A stretch of DNA of 64,000 bases from Camelus dromedarius. Taxonomy: Eukaryota. The stretch is from NCBI RefSeq assembly GCF_036321535.1, contig NC_087437.1, positions 19,160,001 through 19,224,000 on the forward strand, given 5' to 3'. Both the position numbers and the translations under genes were made by a program. Every line of letters begins with the position of its first letter. Within the stretch, counting starts at the first letter, position 1. Shown piece after piece: positions 1-13,248 of the stretch. The notes beneath the pieces are model-generated. The model worked only from the letters and a program-made list of their open reading frames with translations. It was not told where the DNA came from and searched no databases.

Positions 1-27
1 GCCTTACACTTTTCACTGGCCACTGGC

Positions 28-460
28 TTTTTAAAATTTTTTAAACATTGGGATAGAGTTGATTTACAATATTATGTTAGTTTCAAGTGTACAACATAGT
101 GATTCAAAATTTTATAGATTATACTCCATTTATAGTTATTATAAAATATTGGCCAAATTCCTTGTGCTGTATAATATATTCTTGTAGCTTATTTCTTTTA
201 TACATTGCAGTTTGTCCCTCTTAATTCCCTACCCTTAGTTTGCCCCTCTCCTCTTTCCTCTCCCCCCTGGTAACCACTGGTTTGTTCTCTATATCTGTGA
301 GTCTGTTTCTTTTTTGTTTATATTCACTAGTTTGTTTTATTTTTTTGATTCCACATGTAAGTGGTAACATACAGTATTTGTCTTTCTTTGCCTGACTGAT
401 TTCACTCAGCATAATACCCTCCAGGTCCATTCATGTTATTGTAAATGACAAAATCTCATT

Positions 461-511
<51 letters not shown>

Positions 512-1474
512 CATTTTCTTTACCCATTCATCTTTTGATGGACACTTAGGTTGCTTCTATATCTTGGCTGTTACAAATAATGCTGCTTTGAACATTGTGG
601 TTCATGCATCTTTTCAAATTAGTGTTCTCATTTTCTTTGGAAATACACACAGGAGTAGAATTGCTAGATCATATAGTAATTACATTTTTAGTTTTACACA
701 GTGGCTGCACCTATTTACATTCTCACCAACAGCGTACAAGGGTTCTCTTTCCCCACATCCTTGCCAATATTTGGAATTTGTTGTCTTTTTGATGATAGTC
801 ATTCTGACAAGTGAGGTGATCTTTCATTGTTGTTTTGATTTGCATTTTTCTGATGATTAGCATTGTTGAGTCTTTTCATGTGCTTGTTGGCCATCTGTAT
901 GTCTTCTTTGGAAAAATGACTATTCAGAAATTCTGCCCACTTTTTAATTGGGTTGTTTTGTTATTTTTCATATTGAGTTGTATGAGCTGTTTATATATTT
1001 GGATTTAACTTGTTGGTCATATCATTTGCAAGTGTTTTCTCCCATTCAGTAGGTTGTCTTTTTGTTTTTTCAGTGTTTTCCTTTGCTGTGCAAAAGCTTT
1101 TAAGTTTAATTCGGTTCCATTTGTTTATTTTTGCTTTTGTTTCCTGTGCCTTAGGAGACAGATCTGAAAAAATGTTGCTATGATTTATGTCAGAGTGTTC
1201 TGCCTATAGTTTTATGGTTTCAGGTCTTACATTTAGGTCTTTAATTCATTTTGAGTTTATTTTTGTATATGGTATGAGAAAATGTTTAATTTCATTCTTT
1301 TACATGTAGCTGTCCAGTTTTCCCAGCACCACTTATTGAAGAGATTGTCTTTCTGCGTTGTGTATTCTTGCCTCCTTTTTGTAGATTAATTGACCACAAG
1401 TGTGTGGGCATATTTCTCAACTCTATTCTGTTCCACTGACCTCTGCGTAATTTTTATGCCAGTACCGTACTATT
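28..1474 (-). mobile_element. LINE-1, 3' UTR plus ORF2 C-terminal region (5'-truncated), first part
   Basis: T-rich tail at ~28-42, then the antisense L1 3' end (gttgatttacaatattatgttagtttc). ORF 221..430 MDLEGIMLSEISQAKKDKYCM matches the L1 ORF2 C-terminus. Confidence 0.93.
464..509. repeat. (CA)n microsatellite inside L1
   Basis: Uninterrupted CA run of ~23 units. Confidence 0.97.
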
Positions 1475-2290
1475 ATTTTTAACTGAAGTACAGTCAGTCA
1501 CAATGTGTCAATTTCAGGTGTACAGCACAATGTCCCAGTCATGCATATACATACATATATTCGTTTTCATATTCTTTTTCATTAAAAGTTATTACAAGAT
1601 ATTGAGTATAGTTCCTTGTGCTATACAGAAGAAACTTTTTAAAACCCTTTTTTGTACATAGTGGCTAACATTTGCAAATCTCAAACTTCTAAATTTATCC
1701 CTTCCCATCCCCTTTCCCCAGTAACCGTAAGATTGTTTACTGTATCTGTGAGTCTGTTTTTGTTTTGTAGATGAGTTCATAGTGTCCTTTTTCTCCCCCC
1801 CCCCTTTTTTTTTTAAAGATTCCACATATGAGTGATATCATATGGTATTTTTCTTTCTCTTTCTGGCTTACTTTACTTAGAATGACAATCTCTAGGTCCA
1901 TCCATGTTGCTGCAAATGGCATTATTTTATTCTTTTTTATGACTGAGTAGTATTCCATTGTATAAATATATCACAACTTCTTTATCCAGTTATCTGTTGA
2001 TGGACATTTAGGTTGCTTCTATGTCTTGGCTATTGTATGTAGTGCTGCTATGAACACTGGGGTACAAGTATCTTTTTGAATTAGAGTTCTCTCTGGATAT
2101 ATACCCAGAAGTGGGATTGCTGGATCATATGGTAAGTATATTTTTAGTTTTTTGAGGAATCTCCATACTGTTTTCCATAATGGCTGCACCGAACTACATT
2201 CTTACCAACAGTGTACAAGGGTTCCCTTTTCTCCACAGCCTCTCTAGCATTTATCATTCATGGACTTTTGAATGCTGGCCATTCTGACTG
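1475..2290 (-). mobile_element. Younger LINE-1 3' end (camelid-type) nested in the older L1
   Basis: A new L1 3' end starts at ~1480 (aactgaagtacagtcagtcacaatg). ORF 1737..1958 MEYYSVIKKNKIMPFAATWMDLEIVILS is the ORF2 C-terminus. Degenerate TSD agtaccgtactatt / agtgctgtattatt. Confidence 0.9.
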
Positions 2291-2615
2291 AGTGCTGTAT
2301 TATTTTGATTACAGCAGCTTTGTAGTATTGTCTGATTTCAGGGAGTGTGATACCTCCAGCTCTGCTCTTCTTTCTCAAGATTGTTTTGGCTATTCAGGGG
2401 CTCTTGTGTGTCCATACATATTCTAAAATTATTTGTTCTAGTTCTGTGAAAAATGCCATTGGTATTTTGACAGGGATTGCATTGAATTTGTACAATGCTT
2501 TGGGTAGTATGGCCATTTTAACAATATTAATTTCTTCAATCCAAGAATACGGTGTATTTTTCCATCTGTTTGTGTCATCTTCAGTTCCTTTCATCAGTGT
2601 CTTATAGTTCTCTGA
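2291..2615 (-). mobile_element. Continuation of the older L1 ORF2
   Basis: ORF 2394..2594 [44 protein letters not shown] is an L1 ORF2 motif. Confidence 0.9.
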
Positions 2616-2793
2616 GGGCAGATGTGGGATGTCTATTTATTTAAATCTTCCTTTATATCCTTCAGTAGTGGTATTGGACATTCCCTGTTAAGACAATTCT
2701 TAGACAGAAGTTTTTGTTGCAATCCTGAGTTATGTCTTATTTTTTTGTTACATTTTCTAGTTATTTCTGGTATAGAGAATGCTATTGAGTTTT

Positions 2794-3220
2794 TGAAAAT
2801 TTTTTTTTACTGAAGTGTAGTTGATTTACAATGTTAGTTTCAAATGCACAGCAAAGTAATTCAATAATATATATATATATATATATTCTTTTCAGATTTG
2901 TTTCCATTATATGGTATTATAAAAAATTGAATGTAGTTTCCTGTGCTATACAGTAGGTTATTTTTGTCTATTTATACATAGTAATGTGTGTCTGTTAATC
3001 CTCACCCCCTAATTTATCCCTCTCTGCCCTTTTCTCTTTGGTAACCATAGTTTGTTTTCTATGTCTGTGAATCTGTTTTTGGTTTGTAAATAGAATTTAT
3101 ATCTTTTTTTTAAGATTCTACATATAAATGATATCATATGATATTTGTCTTTCTCTGACTTACTTCACTTAATATGATGATCTCTAGGTCCATCCATGTT
3201 GCTGCAAATGGCATTATTTT
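2794..3220 (-). mobile_element. Short 5'-truncated L1 3' end with a perfect 19-bp TSD
   Basis: gagaatgctattgagtttt at 2775-2793 and 3221-3239 flanks a poly-T plus L1 3' UTR. Confidence 0.92.
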
Positions 3221-3239
3221 GAGAATGCTATTGAGTTTT

Positions 3240-6200
3240 GTAACTTGATATTATATCTGACAACTTGCTAAACTCTCTTTTGGTTTCAATATTTGTCTGT
3301 TGTTTCTGTTGTTTCTCTTTGCCTGGGTCTTTTGGAAGGATAATCTTTGAAATATTTAGCAGTTGTGTATTTGTCCATCTGTGTTTGAAATTTACTTAAA
3401 TGATATGGTGCAGACCTCTTTCTGTTCCTTTCTTTTTTGTCACTCAACATGTTTCCAAAAAATATCCATATTACTGTATATATCACAACATGATTCCTTT
3501 TGCTGTCTGCATAGTATACCACTATGTTTTATTTATCTGTTTTCTTAGTGGTTAAGTCCTAAGTTGTCTCTACCCCCTGCTATGAGAAACAGTGGTGTGA
3601 CAAGCATCCCTGTGTATGTTTCTTTATGGAAATGTACACCAATTTCTCCAGAGCAGTATCAGTAATGGAGCTGATAGGTTGTAGAGAAGATGCATGCTGA
3701 ATGTTATTAATTTCTTCCAGATTGTTCTCCAGCATAAGTGTACCACTCTACACATGCATAAGTGCTGGAACCAGATTTCTTCCCTTGTATACACCATTGC
3801 CATCATTTGTTATTATTCAATTTTAAAATTTTTGTTTGATTGATCTTTTGCTAATTACTAGTGAGGTTAAGGATCTTTTCATAAAATTGTTAGTCATTCA
3901 AGTTTGAAATGCCCTCTCTGATTGGCAAGAGTTCCTTTAAAATTCTGATATTAATTCCTGCAAATACCTCCTCCCAACCTGCCACCAGCCTATTCACTTT
4001 GTCCAGGGTATATTTTGCTGTATATTGTTTGCCAAGATAATTCCTGGATACTTTGTCCTTTCTGCTACTGCTATGCATGGCATCTTGTTTTCTATTTTTG
4101 CTGCTGTATAGTAGTGATTTTTGAAAAATTAATTTTGTATCTGGAAACCTTGTTAAATGCTTCTATTATTTCTATTGTTTATCCAATTTTATTGTATTTT
4201 CTATGTAGATAATCAAATTATAAGCATGTAATGAGAGGTTTTAGTCTTCCCTTCCTTTTACTTCATTTCTTTTTCTTGTTTTACTCTGCAGCCTGGGGCT
4301 GCCCATACTAGGTTGTGCCTAGTTAAAGCAGTGATGGTGGACATCTTTAATTGGTTGCTGGTATTAAAGAGGATGTGTCTAAACGTTTTCAATGGGGTAT
4401 AAAAGCCATGTTTCAATGGAGTAAAACTCCATGTTTTAATCTACAGTCATTTGTCAAGCATTAGGAAGTTCCATCTCTTCCTAGGTTTCTGGAAACTTTA
4501 ATCTTAAACAGCTAGACTTTTATCATAAATAATTAGGCTGTATTTTTTGCACCTAATGACACAATCATGTAATTTTCTTCTTTAGTCTATCAATGTATGG
4601 ATATATTAATTTAAATTTTTAAATTTCAATATAATGTGTTCTTTTAAATACACTTTTGGATTCAGATAACTAGCTTTTATTAACTGTCTTATTTTCTTTC
4701 CTTATAAGGTCCTTATCTGGCTTTGGAATCCTGGATAAATGATTCTAGTCTCATAAAATGAGTTGGATAGCCCTTCCCTCTTTCTGTCCTCTAGAATGAC
4801 TTGTATAATACAGATTTTAACAATCTCTTAATTGTGGTGGTTTCTTCTTAAAGCCATCTAAGCCTCAGATTTTTCTTGGTAGTTGAAGAGAGCAGTGGTG
4901 ACAAGAGTAGTTTTTCATTAAATAATTTCTATTTCTTTAATATTTATTTTATTTACAGTTTGTCTTTTACCGCATGTGGCGCTGTAAATTCTTTCCAAAA
5001 CTTTATCTATTACTGTCACATACATTCTTCATTATTAAAAATATTTTAATCTCTGTTGTAACTGTAACTGTTTAATCTCTATTTCTTTTTTTCATCCTGC
5101 GTTTTGCTTATAATTTTCCCTTTTTTTCTTGATTAATCTTGATGGGTTTGTCAGTTTTATTAATGTCTCTAAAAACTAGCTTAAATGTTTTCATTGTTTC
5201 GTCTATGTTCTCTATTATTGATTTCTGCCCTTATTTCTATCTTGTATTATTTTTATCTTTCTTATTTTTCCTTTGGAAAGAGATATATTTTTGCTATTCT
5301 TCAAGCATCTTAATTTTAATGCCTACTTCATTTGTAGTCTGATAAACATACTTAAAGCTATACATTTTTCTCTAAGTGCCATTTTAGCTGTGCTCTATGG
5401 GTTTTACATGTAGTAGAATTTAGACATAAGTATTCCATAATTTTTCACTGTAAATTTTAACCTTTAGTTATGCTAATATATTTTTCTGCGTGATAAATCA
5501 ACTTCTGAGAAGAATGTATCAAAATCTCCAACTAAAACTCTTGACATCTATCTTTCCCTATAGTTTATTGGTCATTATATATTTTGAAGCTGTCTCTTCA
5601 GCTACATGTATAGGCATGTACGTCTTACAGATGTAATAGTCCTTTTACTAAGGTGTAGTGTTTTTTTCTCTATGAATTATTTTGCCTTAAAATGCATTTA
5701 ATCTCATGTTAAAGTTGCCACTCTGGTTTACTTTGGTTCTTATTTGCCTACAATAGCTTCTTTAACCCCTTTATTTTCAAACATAATATATCCTTCTGTT
5801 TGAAATGTTTTCTTCTGGAAAATAGATTACTTGATTTCTTTAAAAGATCTGTTCTGATAGTTCGTCTTTTAATTGGTGAATTTAATATGAGTATCAAGCC
5901 TGCTACAATTACTATTATGTTAGGACTTATTTCAGTTTTTTTATTTCCTGTTTTTTATTTACTTTCCTTTTGTTCCGTTTCTATTTTCTCCTCTCCTAAA
6001 TTCCATTGGGTAGGTCAAATTTTCTTCTGCTGATATGAAAGTTGTGTACCCTATATTTACTCTTACGCAGTTGCCTCTAACTTATCAAGTTACTTATTAT
6101 CACCTTCTCCATCTTTCTCCTGAATATGACAATTTCCTTAGCCCTCTCTTACTGCCTTCTGGTTTTCTCCCTTTATGTCTCATCGTATATTTCATCTAGA

Positions 6201-6300
6201 ATTTTAGTTCTGGAGTTTCATGAGTATCCCTTTGGGTTATTAGAGTTTTTTTTTATTTAGACAAACTTTGTTAATTTATTTACCCATCTTTATATCCCAT
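3240..6300 (-). mobile_element. Ancient, fragmented L1M (L1ME/L1M5-like) sequence
   Basis: Very T-rich, with degenerate L1 antisense motifs (gtctcataaaatgagttgg, aaagccatct, aaaatctccaact). Confidence 0.65.
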
Positions 6301-6303
6301 AAC

Positions 6304-6464
6304 TAAGATTGCCAGATAAACTGCAGAATACCCAGTTAAATTTGAATATTGCATGGGAGATACTTACACTAAAAAAAAAAAAATCCATTGCTTTTCTGAA
6401 ATTCAGATTTAACCAGGTATGTTGTTGTTGCTTCCGTTTTTTTCCCCCGTATCTGACAACCCTA
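6304..6464. mobile_element. MER53 MITE (internally deleted)
   Basis: taagattgccagataaa...cccagttaaatttgaat...gcatgggagatacttacact...ctgaaattcagatttaac...atctgacaaccct matches the recalled MER53 consensus. Confidence 0.8.
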
Positions 6465-6999
6465 TCCATATACCATAGAACCAGTATTTCTTCACCCACC
6501 ACTACTACTCCACACCCCAGTGGGACTTGAAAGCCATCTTGATGGTACCTGGTTCCTGTCTTCCTGCTTTACAGGAGTCAAAGAAAAGCCATGTTATTCC
6601 CAGAGAAATTTGGGGGTCGCGGAGGGGGCAGTCCACAACCTCTCCCCTACCCTGTCTCCCATTCATGGTGCTTCATCTTCTATACTCTGAGCTGCCATTT
6701 CTCATCCTCCTCCCAACACATGCATCATGACAGAACTGCCTTATGTTGCCCCGTGGTGGTCCTGTCATCTCAGAGTTTATATATCAGTTTGAAAGTCTTA
6801 CCACCTGCCCTTTGACTTCTGGGGTGTCTCCAGGACTGGGTTCCAGAAAATGAGTCTGCATCTGTGTTTCTTTGCTTCCTTAGAAGGATGGTGAATCTTC
6901 TGCTTCCTCAATATTTCTCCCAATCCCCTTTATTTCCTCTGTTCACTTCACCTAGAGCTTTTATTAGATACTAGAATTTATACACATTTCTTAATTGTT

Positions 7000-7238
7000 C
7001 TTTTTAAAATTAAGGTGTAATTCACATGTAAGGTTATATTAGTTTCAGGGGTATAACAAAATGATTCACTATTTGTATACATTATGAAATAATCAATCAC
7101 AGTATTAAGTCTAATTAATACTCATCACCATACATAGTTACCAAAAAAGTTCTTTTCCTTGTCATGAGAACTTTTTAGATCTATTCTCTTAGCAATTTTG
7201 AAATATGCAGTACAGTATATTAACTATAATAATTAACT
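7000..7238 (-). mobile_element. L1 3' end fragment (L1MA-like)
   Basis: tattagtttcaggggtataacaaaatgattc...gatctattctcttagcaattttgaaatatgcagtacag; degenerate TSD ttaattgttctttt / ttaattatctttt. Confidence 0.8.
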
Positions 7239-7239
7239 A

Positions 7240-7700
7240 TTAATTATCTTTTTGTACTTTCTGGTCATTTATACTTCAGTCCTAGGTTGCAAAATTAGAA
7301 CAATCTTTTAGCATACTAATTTACTCCTCAGTTTTGCCATTTTTTGGAATTATTGTATTTAATTGAGTTACAAAATTTTGACAGTCATATTTTTCATTTC
7401 CAAAACCTCTGATTGTCTTTTTTTAATGGTAGCTTTTGGGGTGTATTTGTTTCAATATTTTGGTTTCAATTATTTGGTATCCTCTCTTATCCCTCTGAAG
7501 ACATTAATATATTTCTACAGCTGCTTTCAGATTGTTTGTTAGCAGTCTTTCTTCAGATGTTGTATCATTTGTTGAGTTTGGAGCCTTTCTTTCATATATT
7601 GATGATTCTTCAATGTATGCTTTTCTTTGTTTTTGAGATTCCCCATCTACTGATCTGTGGATGCTCTTTGTGCTTACCATATGCTCATCAGCCTACTTCT
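7240..7700 (-). mobile_element. Ancient L1M/HAL1 5'-region-like fragment
   Basis: T-rich, with atatttttcatttccaaaacctctgattg typical of antisense L1M/HAL1 ORF1 region. Confidence 0.45.
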
Positions 7701-10214
7701 TTCTTTCTTTCTTTTTAGAGGGAGGGATAAGGGTGAGTAAGGAGGAGAGAGGCATGTGAAAATAGTATGCGCCACAGATGGGAAAATCAAGACTCATCTT
7801 GAGCTTGGAGCACCCCTGGAGTTGTGACATATTTCACAGTGGGCACCCATTGAATGTCTTTGACTGGTGTTCCTTCCATTGGTCCAATCCTATCTGCGTT
7901 CTGCCTCCCAGTAATTCTTCTTCATTTCTGGTCATCACTGGAACCCCTTTTTGTTCTCCTCTGCATGTGTGTGTGTGTGCGCGGTTGATCATTTTTAAGG
8001 ATTTATGGCGAGATAGGCAGACAGACACATGGGCTCAATGTGCCATCTTGATACAATCTCCATGACTACTTTATCAGTAAAAATTAATTTATTGTTTACA
8101 AAATATCTTTATGAAATGTCAAGCAGACAGAAATTGCACAGAATAGTAACCCAGTAACCATTAAGTACTGAACATCTGTGAACTGATGTACAAAATTTCA
8201 GGCCCAAGAAAATCACTTTTTTATGAGCTGAGGCTCCTTCTCCCTCTCCCAAGAGGAGCAGGACCCCAGGGCTCTGGCAGCCCCCGAAGCTCATGGTGAC
8301 AAGGCCTGTTGTCTGCAGTCCCCATGGTGGCTGCCCAGACACCTCTGGGAAGAGCCACCAGATCTGTTCAAAGGCAGCAGCTCTGCTGACTTGAACCAAC
8401 TGCTTCTATTTCCCCCACAGCAAGCTTGGCCACAGGCACCTTCTCTGTGTTTGGCAAGGACACAGGGCTTAGACCTTGAAGTCTGGACAGCCCTACGGCC
8501 ACCCCATGGCCTGTCACTCTCAGGGCTTTGTGCACCCGTGGACCCAAGTCCTTCCGCCCACAGAAATGTGACCCCAGGTCTCAGAATCTCTCCTCCCCCT
8601 CCCTCTCCCCTCTTCCTCTTCTTTCTCCTCCTGTCCCTGGACTACCTCCCTAAATGCAGATCTTCAAAAACAGGGCTCATTTGATGTGAACTCCTCTCTC
8701 TATTTTTCCTACCACACAACTCTAAATTCCCTATGGGAGAGGAAGCCCAGTACTCAAAGCTTAAGGCCTGGTGATGAGAGGCAAGATGGCTTCACCACGG
8801 CCAAGGTGGAGACATGTGCCCTCAGTTTCCCCATTACTCCCCAGCCACACTGCTGGTACCGGTTTGTTGCCCTGGGGGTAACAGGCTCCAGGCCGCCCAA
8901 CCCCACCCTCCCCATGAGCATAAGGCTGTTTCTAGAGGCAGCAGGGTGCCCCTTGTTCTGTCTTTGTCTGTCCCCTGACCAGTCATCCAAGGACGGGGTC
9001 TGGCCCTTCATCTCCTGGTGTTCTGAGAGGTCCATCCTGGCTCAAGGGAATAAGCAGGTAGTGACCTCGTGTGGCTTACACCCCTGTCTCTTGGGACCTT
9101 CTGGCCTTTCCTTCCAGGATAGCCTTTAGAGAAGGGCCTGTCCTCTTCTCAGACATAGCATCCTGAGAGAGGAGATGAGGAAGTCTTTAGCCCTTTTTAG
9201 TGGGGAGGAAATGTGACAGTTCTGACATCTCCACTGCGTTGGGGCACTGCTGGGGTCTGGAGTGGTGAGAGGAGCCAGGGTTAAGCCTCCCTACTTCAGG
9301 CCTCTTCCCACTGCCCCAGGTAGGGTGCTCTGCCCAGAAATGGCCAGAGACAACAATTTCTAGGACTGCACTGGCCGAGTCTTCAGAGACCAGAGGTGGC
9401 CGCACCTCTGGGTCAGCAGTGGACCTTTGACTGTCCATCTCCACAGACAATCATCTGATTTTCTGGGCTCTAGGGGTTTGCCATGTGGCCACCCCTGCTG
9501 GGAAGCAAGCCTTAGGGCTCCTTCTGACCCCGGGTCCTTGAACCCATCTCACAGGGACTGCCCACTTCACAGGGACTCCTCTGGGAACTCAAAGACTATG
9601 GCTTCCAGTTACCGATTTTGTGTCCCCCTATCCTGATGCAGGCCCTTCCCTGGTCCCTGGTAGGCCTTGACAGGTGTTCGGTGGCTGAAGGAGTCCAGCT
9701 ATCAGCAAGCATTTGCTAAGCCCAGCTGAGCATGGAGCCCTGGGCTGTGGGAAACAAAGCAAAAACCCAAAGCATGGCCCCTGGGGCCAGAACGGGTGCC
9801 AGAGGTACCTTCTCACCGGCGTGGCCTCTTCAGCAGCCCCTGGCCTCCCCCCACGCCGCTGCAGCCCCAGCCCCTCTCCTGGGGACAGCCCAGGCAGGGT
9901 CCATGGGAACGGGAGGCTCTCCTGGCTCTTGTTTGCCTCAGCTAATCTCAAGAATGCCCTTGTTTTCCCTTTTGGTTTGGGAAGTCCTCAGCACTCCCCT
10001 TCATGTCGATAGAGCTGGGGACAGAGGCCGTGGGAGCCAGAGGGCAGTGATCTTTGGCTTGTTCTCTTGCTGGCTTTAATTTCTGTCTTTCCAATTGTTT
10101 CCGTTGTTTCCTGCCTCCATTTCAGATTCTCCTCAAGGTTCCCAGAAACTGTGGAAATAAATGTCCTGAATTTTGGACATTTCAACCACCCCTCCTTCCT
10201 GAGAATCTCCTCAC

Positions 10215-10340
10215 AGTGGACAGTACCTGGGAGGTGTGATTATCTCCATCTTATAGATAAACCCAGAGCTCAGAGAGGCTAGGGTATTGCTCATGGTCTC
10301 ACAGGAAGTGAGGGCAGAACTGGAGTGGAGCCCAGGGCCC
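10215..10340 (-). mobile_element. MIR SINE
   Basis: attatctccatcttatagataaacccagagctcagagagg MIR core. Confidence 0.7.
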
Positions 10341-10409
10341 TCCTACCTCCACTCCAAGCTTCAGCTCCCAGGCAGTAATCTCACTGGACAGCCGCTGCCT
10401 GTTACTTGC

Positions 10410-10545
10410 TGTTTCCTTCAATGGACTGTTAGTTCCCTGAGAGAAGGAAAAGGAAACTTGGTATTCATCTTTGTATTCCTAGGCTTGGCCCAGTGTCTGG
10501 AAACATAGGAGACACTCAGTGGATGTTTGTTCAAAAAAATGAATA
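10410..10545 (+). mobile_element. L2 LINE 3' end
   Basis: cagtgtctggaaacataggagacactcagtggatgtttgttc...tgaat. Confidence 0.75.
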
Positions 10546-10559
10546 GTGGATATGAAGCC

Positions 10560-10740
10560 AGGAGCTCTACGGGATGTACACACAGAATCCTTGATCTTCA
10601 AGACAACCCTGAGAAGTAACTGTTGTCCTCATTTCATAGATGGGACCATTAGGGCTCTGAGAAGTTAAGTAACCTACAAAGGTCACAGAGCTTGCAAGTG
10701 GCTGAGATGAGAGTCAGACCCATGAAGTCTAACTCTCAAA
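10560..10740 (-). mobile_element. MIR SINE
   Basis: caaccctgagaagtaactgttgtcctcatttcatagatggg...gagaagttaagtaacctacaaaggtcacagag. Confidence 0.8.
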
Positions 10741-11049
10741 CCTACACAAATGGGATAAACGCTCTGGAGGGGAAGGGCTGTGGGCAGAAGGACTTTGGGG
10801 CCTCCCTTCCTGCTGGGTTTGGAGTGATTTGTGACCCAGGGAGGCTGTGGTGGGTGACAGAACTTCCAAAGCAGGAAACAATTCTCAGCCCGTCTCTGTA
10901 CTCCTTTCAATCACAAGCTAACAGACCTATGTTTGTTGAATGACTGAATGACCAGCCCTGCTGATGGTTCAGCAGCTTCCTTACTCCTAGAACTGGCCTT
11001 TCTGGCTGCTTTTCCTTTATCAACTTTGGGGTCTGTCCTTCTCTGCCCA

Positions 11050-12050
11050 ACCTCGAGTGGTTGGCTTCCTGGAGGGGCTCCCTGACCTCTCTTCTCAATG
11101 CTACACCTCTGGGGCATGACATTCCTAGGCCTGGCTTCAGTTACCCTCTATGTGCAGGGGGCTCTCAAACCAGTACTTCCAGCTCAGACTTCCCCTCTGT
11201 GCTCCAGAACTCCATAGGTTTCCCCCAGAATGTCTGGCAGGTATCTCACCTCCACACTTCAAAAGCGTTCACATCATTTCCTCCTGTCCTAGACACACAG
11301 ACAAGGGCCATCACTTGCCCAGCTGCCCAAGCCTCAAACTCAGGCTCGTCCTTGACAATTCCTCCCCCTCACTCTCCCACATCTAATTTCCTTGGCTAAT
11401 CTCCAAACTCTGGTGCCACCCTTGTTTATCCTCTGATTCCTCAGGCACTTCTCAAATAATTCCATAAGCTCTAGTCTCCTCCCCCACCTCTGCTCCACCC
11501 CATCTCCAGAGAGCAGTAGAAATAATCTTCTAAGTCACATTTCTGACTATAGCCCACACGTGCCTAAAACTCTGGACTCAAGGAGAAAGCCCAGATCCTC
11601 AATGTGACATCCAACGTCCCCAGGATCTAGCCCCCAACGCCTCCTTCTTTAATCTCAGCATTCTCCCTGCCCCCACCCTGCTGGATCCTCAGCCACCAAG
11701 CATTCACCACTCCTGCAGTGGTCATGAGGACTCTGGACATGCCATTCTCCAGGCTGGGATTTTCTTCCTTTATCTCTGCACGTGCTGAATTGTCATAAAG
11801 CCTTCGGGACCGAGCCTGGGCATTGAACCCTTCTAGAAGTCTTTCCTGATCCTGAAGGCTGAGCAAGGGGCTCCTTCTCTGGGCTCCCTAGCTCCCCCTG
11901 CCCCCTACCCCCAGCCTCCCTCCTTGGTATTGGCCTCCAAGCCTGGGCTGTGGGCTCTGAAAGGGTGGGGCCAACGTCCAATGTATTGGTGGTGGCCCCA
12001 ACACTTAGCCCAAGGCCTGGACCGGGGAGGCCTCATGAATGTCATTGATC
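11050..12050 (+). mobile_element. L2 LINE fragments
   Basis: C-rich degenerate L2 motifs (tccttgacaattcctcccc, ataatcttctaagtcacatttctgact, ctggacatgccattctcc). Confidence 0.55.
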
Positions 12051-12511
12051 AGGGTCATTGAATCCTGGGTCATTGAAAGGAAAACATGGTCTCTTCTCTT
12101 TATATCTTGGCTTTAGCCCGCTAGGTTCACCATCCACCCCTCCTACTCCATATTCTGTTGTCTCATCTGGATTGTTCTGGGATAGGAACCCCCTCCTTGG
12201 GCACATCACACCCCCAACCAGGTCATGATGATCACCTCCTCCCTGAGGCCCTCCAGAACTACACTAGGACTACACTTCAAGGCCCTGGGAGAACTCCACG
12301 CACAGTTCTTCCCTCAGCCACACCTAAGGCCTCAAATTCATTTCTTAGGACATAGAACATTTCGCTGCAAAGTTAAAGATAAATGGAGCAGGAATTCTCT
12401 GGCTGTGTACAAGGAGGTAAGAACCATGGGGAAGGGAAGGGACACTGTCAGGCTGCCTGGTTCACACCATACAGTGAAGCACTCTGTTCTCACCTGCATC
12501 ACTTACCAGCC

Positions 12512-12550
12512 TGTGTGTGTGTGTGTGTGTGTGTATGTGTGTTTGTGTGT
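12512..12550. repeat. (TG)n microsatellite
   Basis: Imperfect TG run. Confidence 0.9.
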
Positions 12551-12967
12551 CCATTCTTTAGTACAACAAGAGAAGCTGAGCAGTTCTCTTGTTGGTCCCA
12601 TCAGCTCAGCAAGGAGCTGGACACACAGTGGGGACCCCGTAAATGCCTGTAGCCTCTTGTTGGCCCAGAGCTTGGCTGATCAGTGGCCCCTGCTGGGGGC
12701 ACCCCCATCAGCCACCTCCTGCAGGGGACTGGAGAATATTTGCAGCAGGAGTAGGGATCCTTCCTGGTTCTCTTGAGGCTCTGACCAGCTCCTTTCCCAT
12801 GACCTCCCTGCCCTAATCCACTAGAGGAACTCCCTGGGCGGCAGGGAGTAGCTGAGGGGAAGCCTGGAAGTGCCTCGAAGGTACCCGCCCCTTTCTAGGA
12901 TCAGAGCCCCTCTCAGGAACTGGCCTGAGGTATCTTCTTCTTGGCCTCCAACACACTTGGTGCCTGA

Positions 12968-13248
12968 CATTCAATCAACAAATGTTTATATATGTGCCAA
13001 ACACCAATCTAGGCCCTGGGGATGGATCGGTAAATAGACAAAAATCTCTGCCTACACTTAGTTTATATTCTAGTATTTTTTAATGGGGTCAGGGAGGCAG
13101 CAATAAACAACAAAAAAGGTCGAATTAGGAAGGCAGAAGCACTAAGAAATAAAAATAAAGCAAGGAAAGGAGATATGCTATATCTCATTGAGGGAAGAGT
13201 AGGGATTTTAGAGAGTGGCCAGGGAGGGTCTCAGTGAGAGGTAATTTT
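12968..13248 (-). mobile_element. L2 3' end, interrupted by L1
   Basis: cattcaatcaacaaatgtttat...tgtgcca...ctaggccctggggat. Confidence 0.75.
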
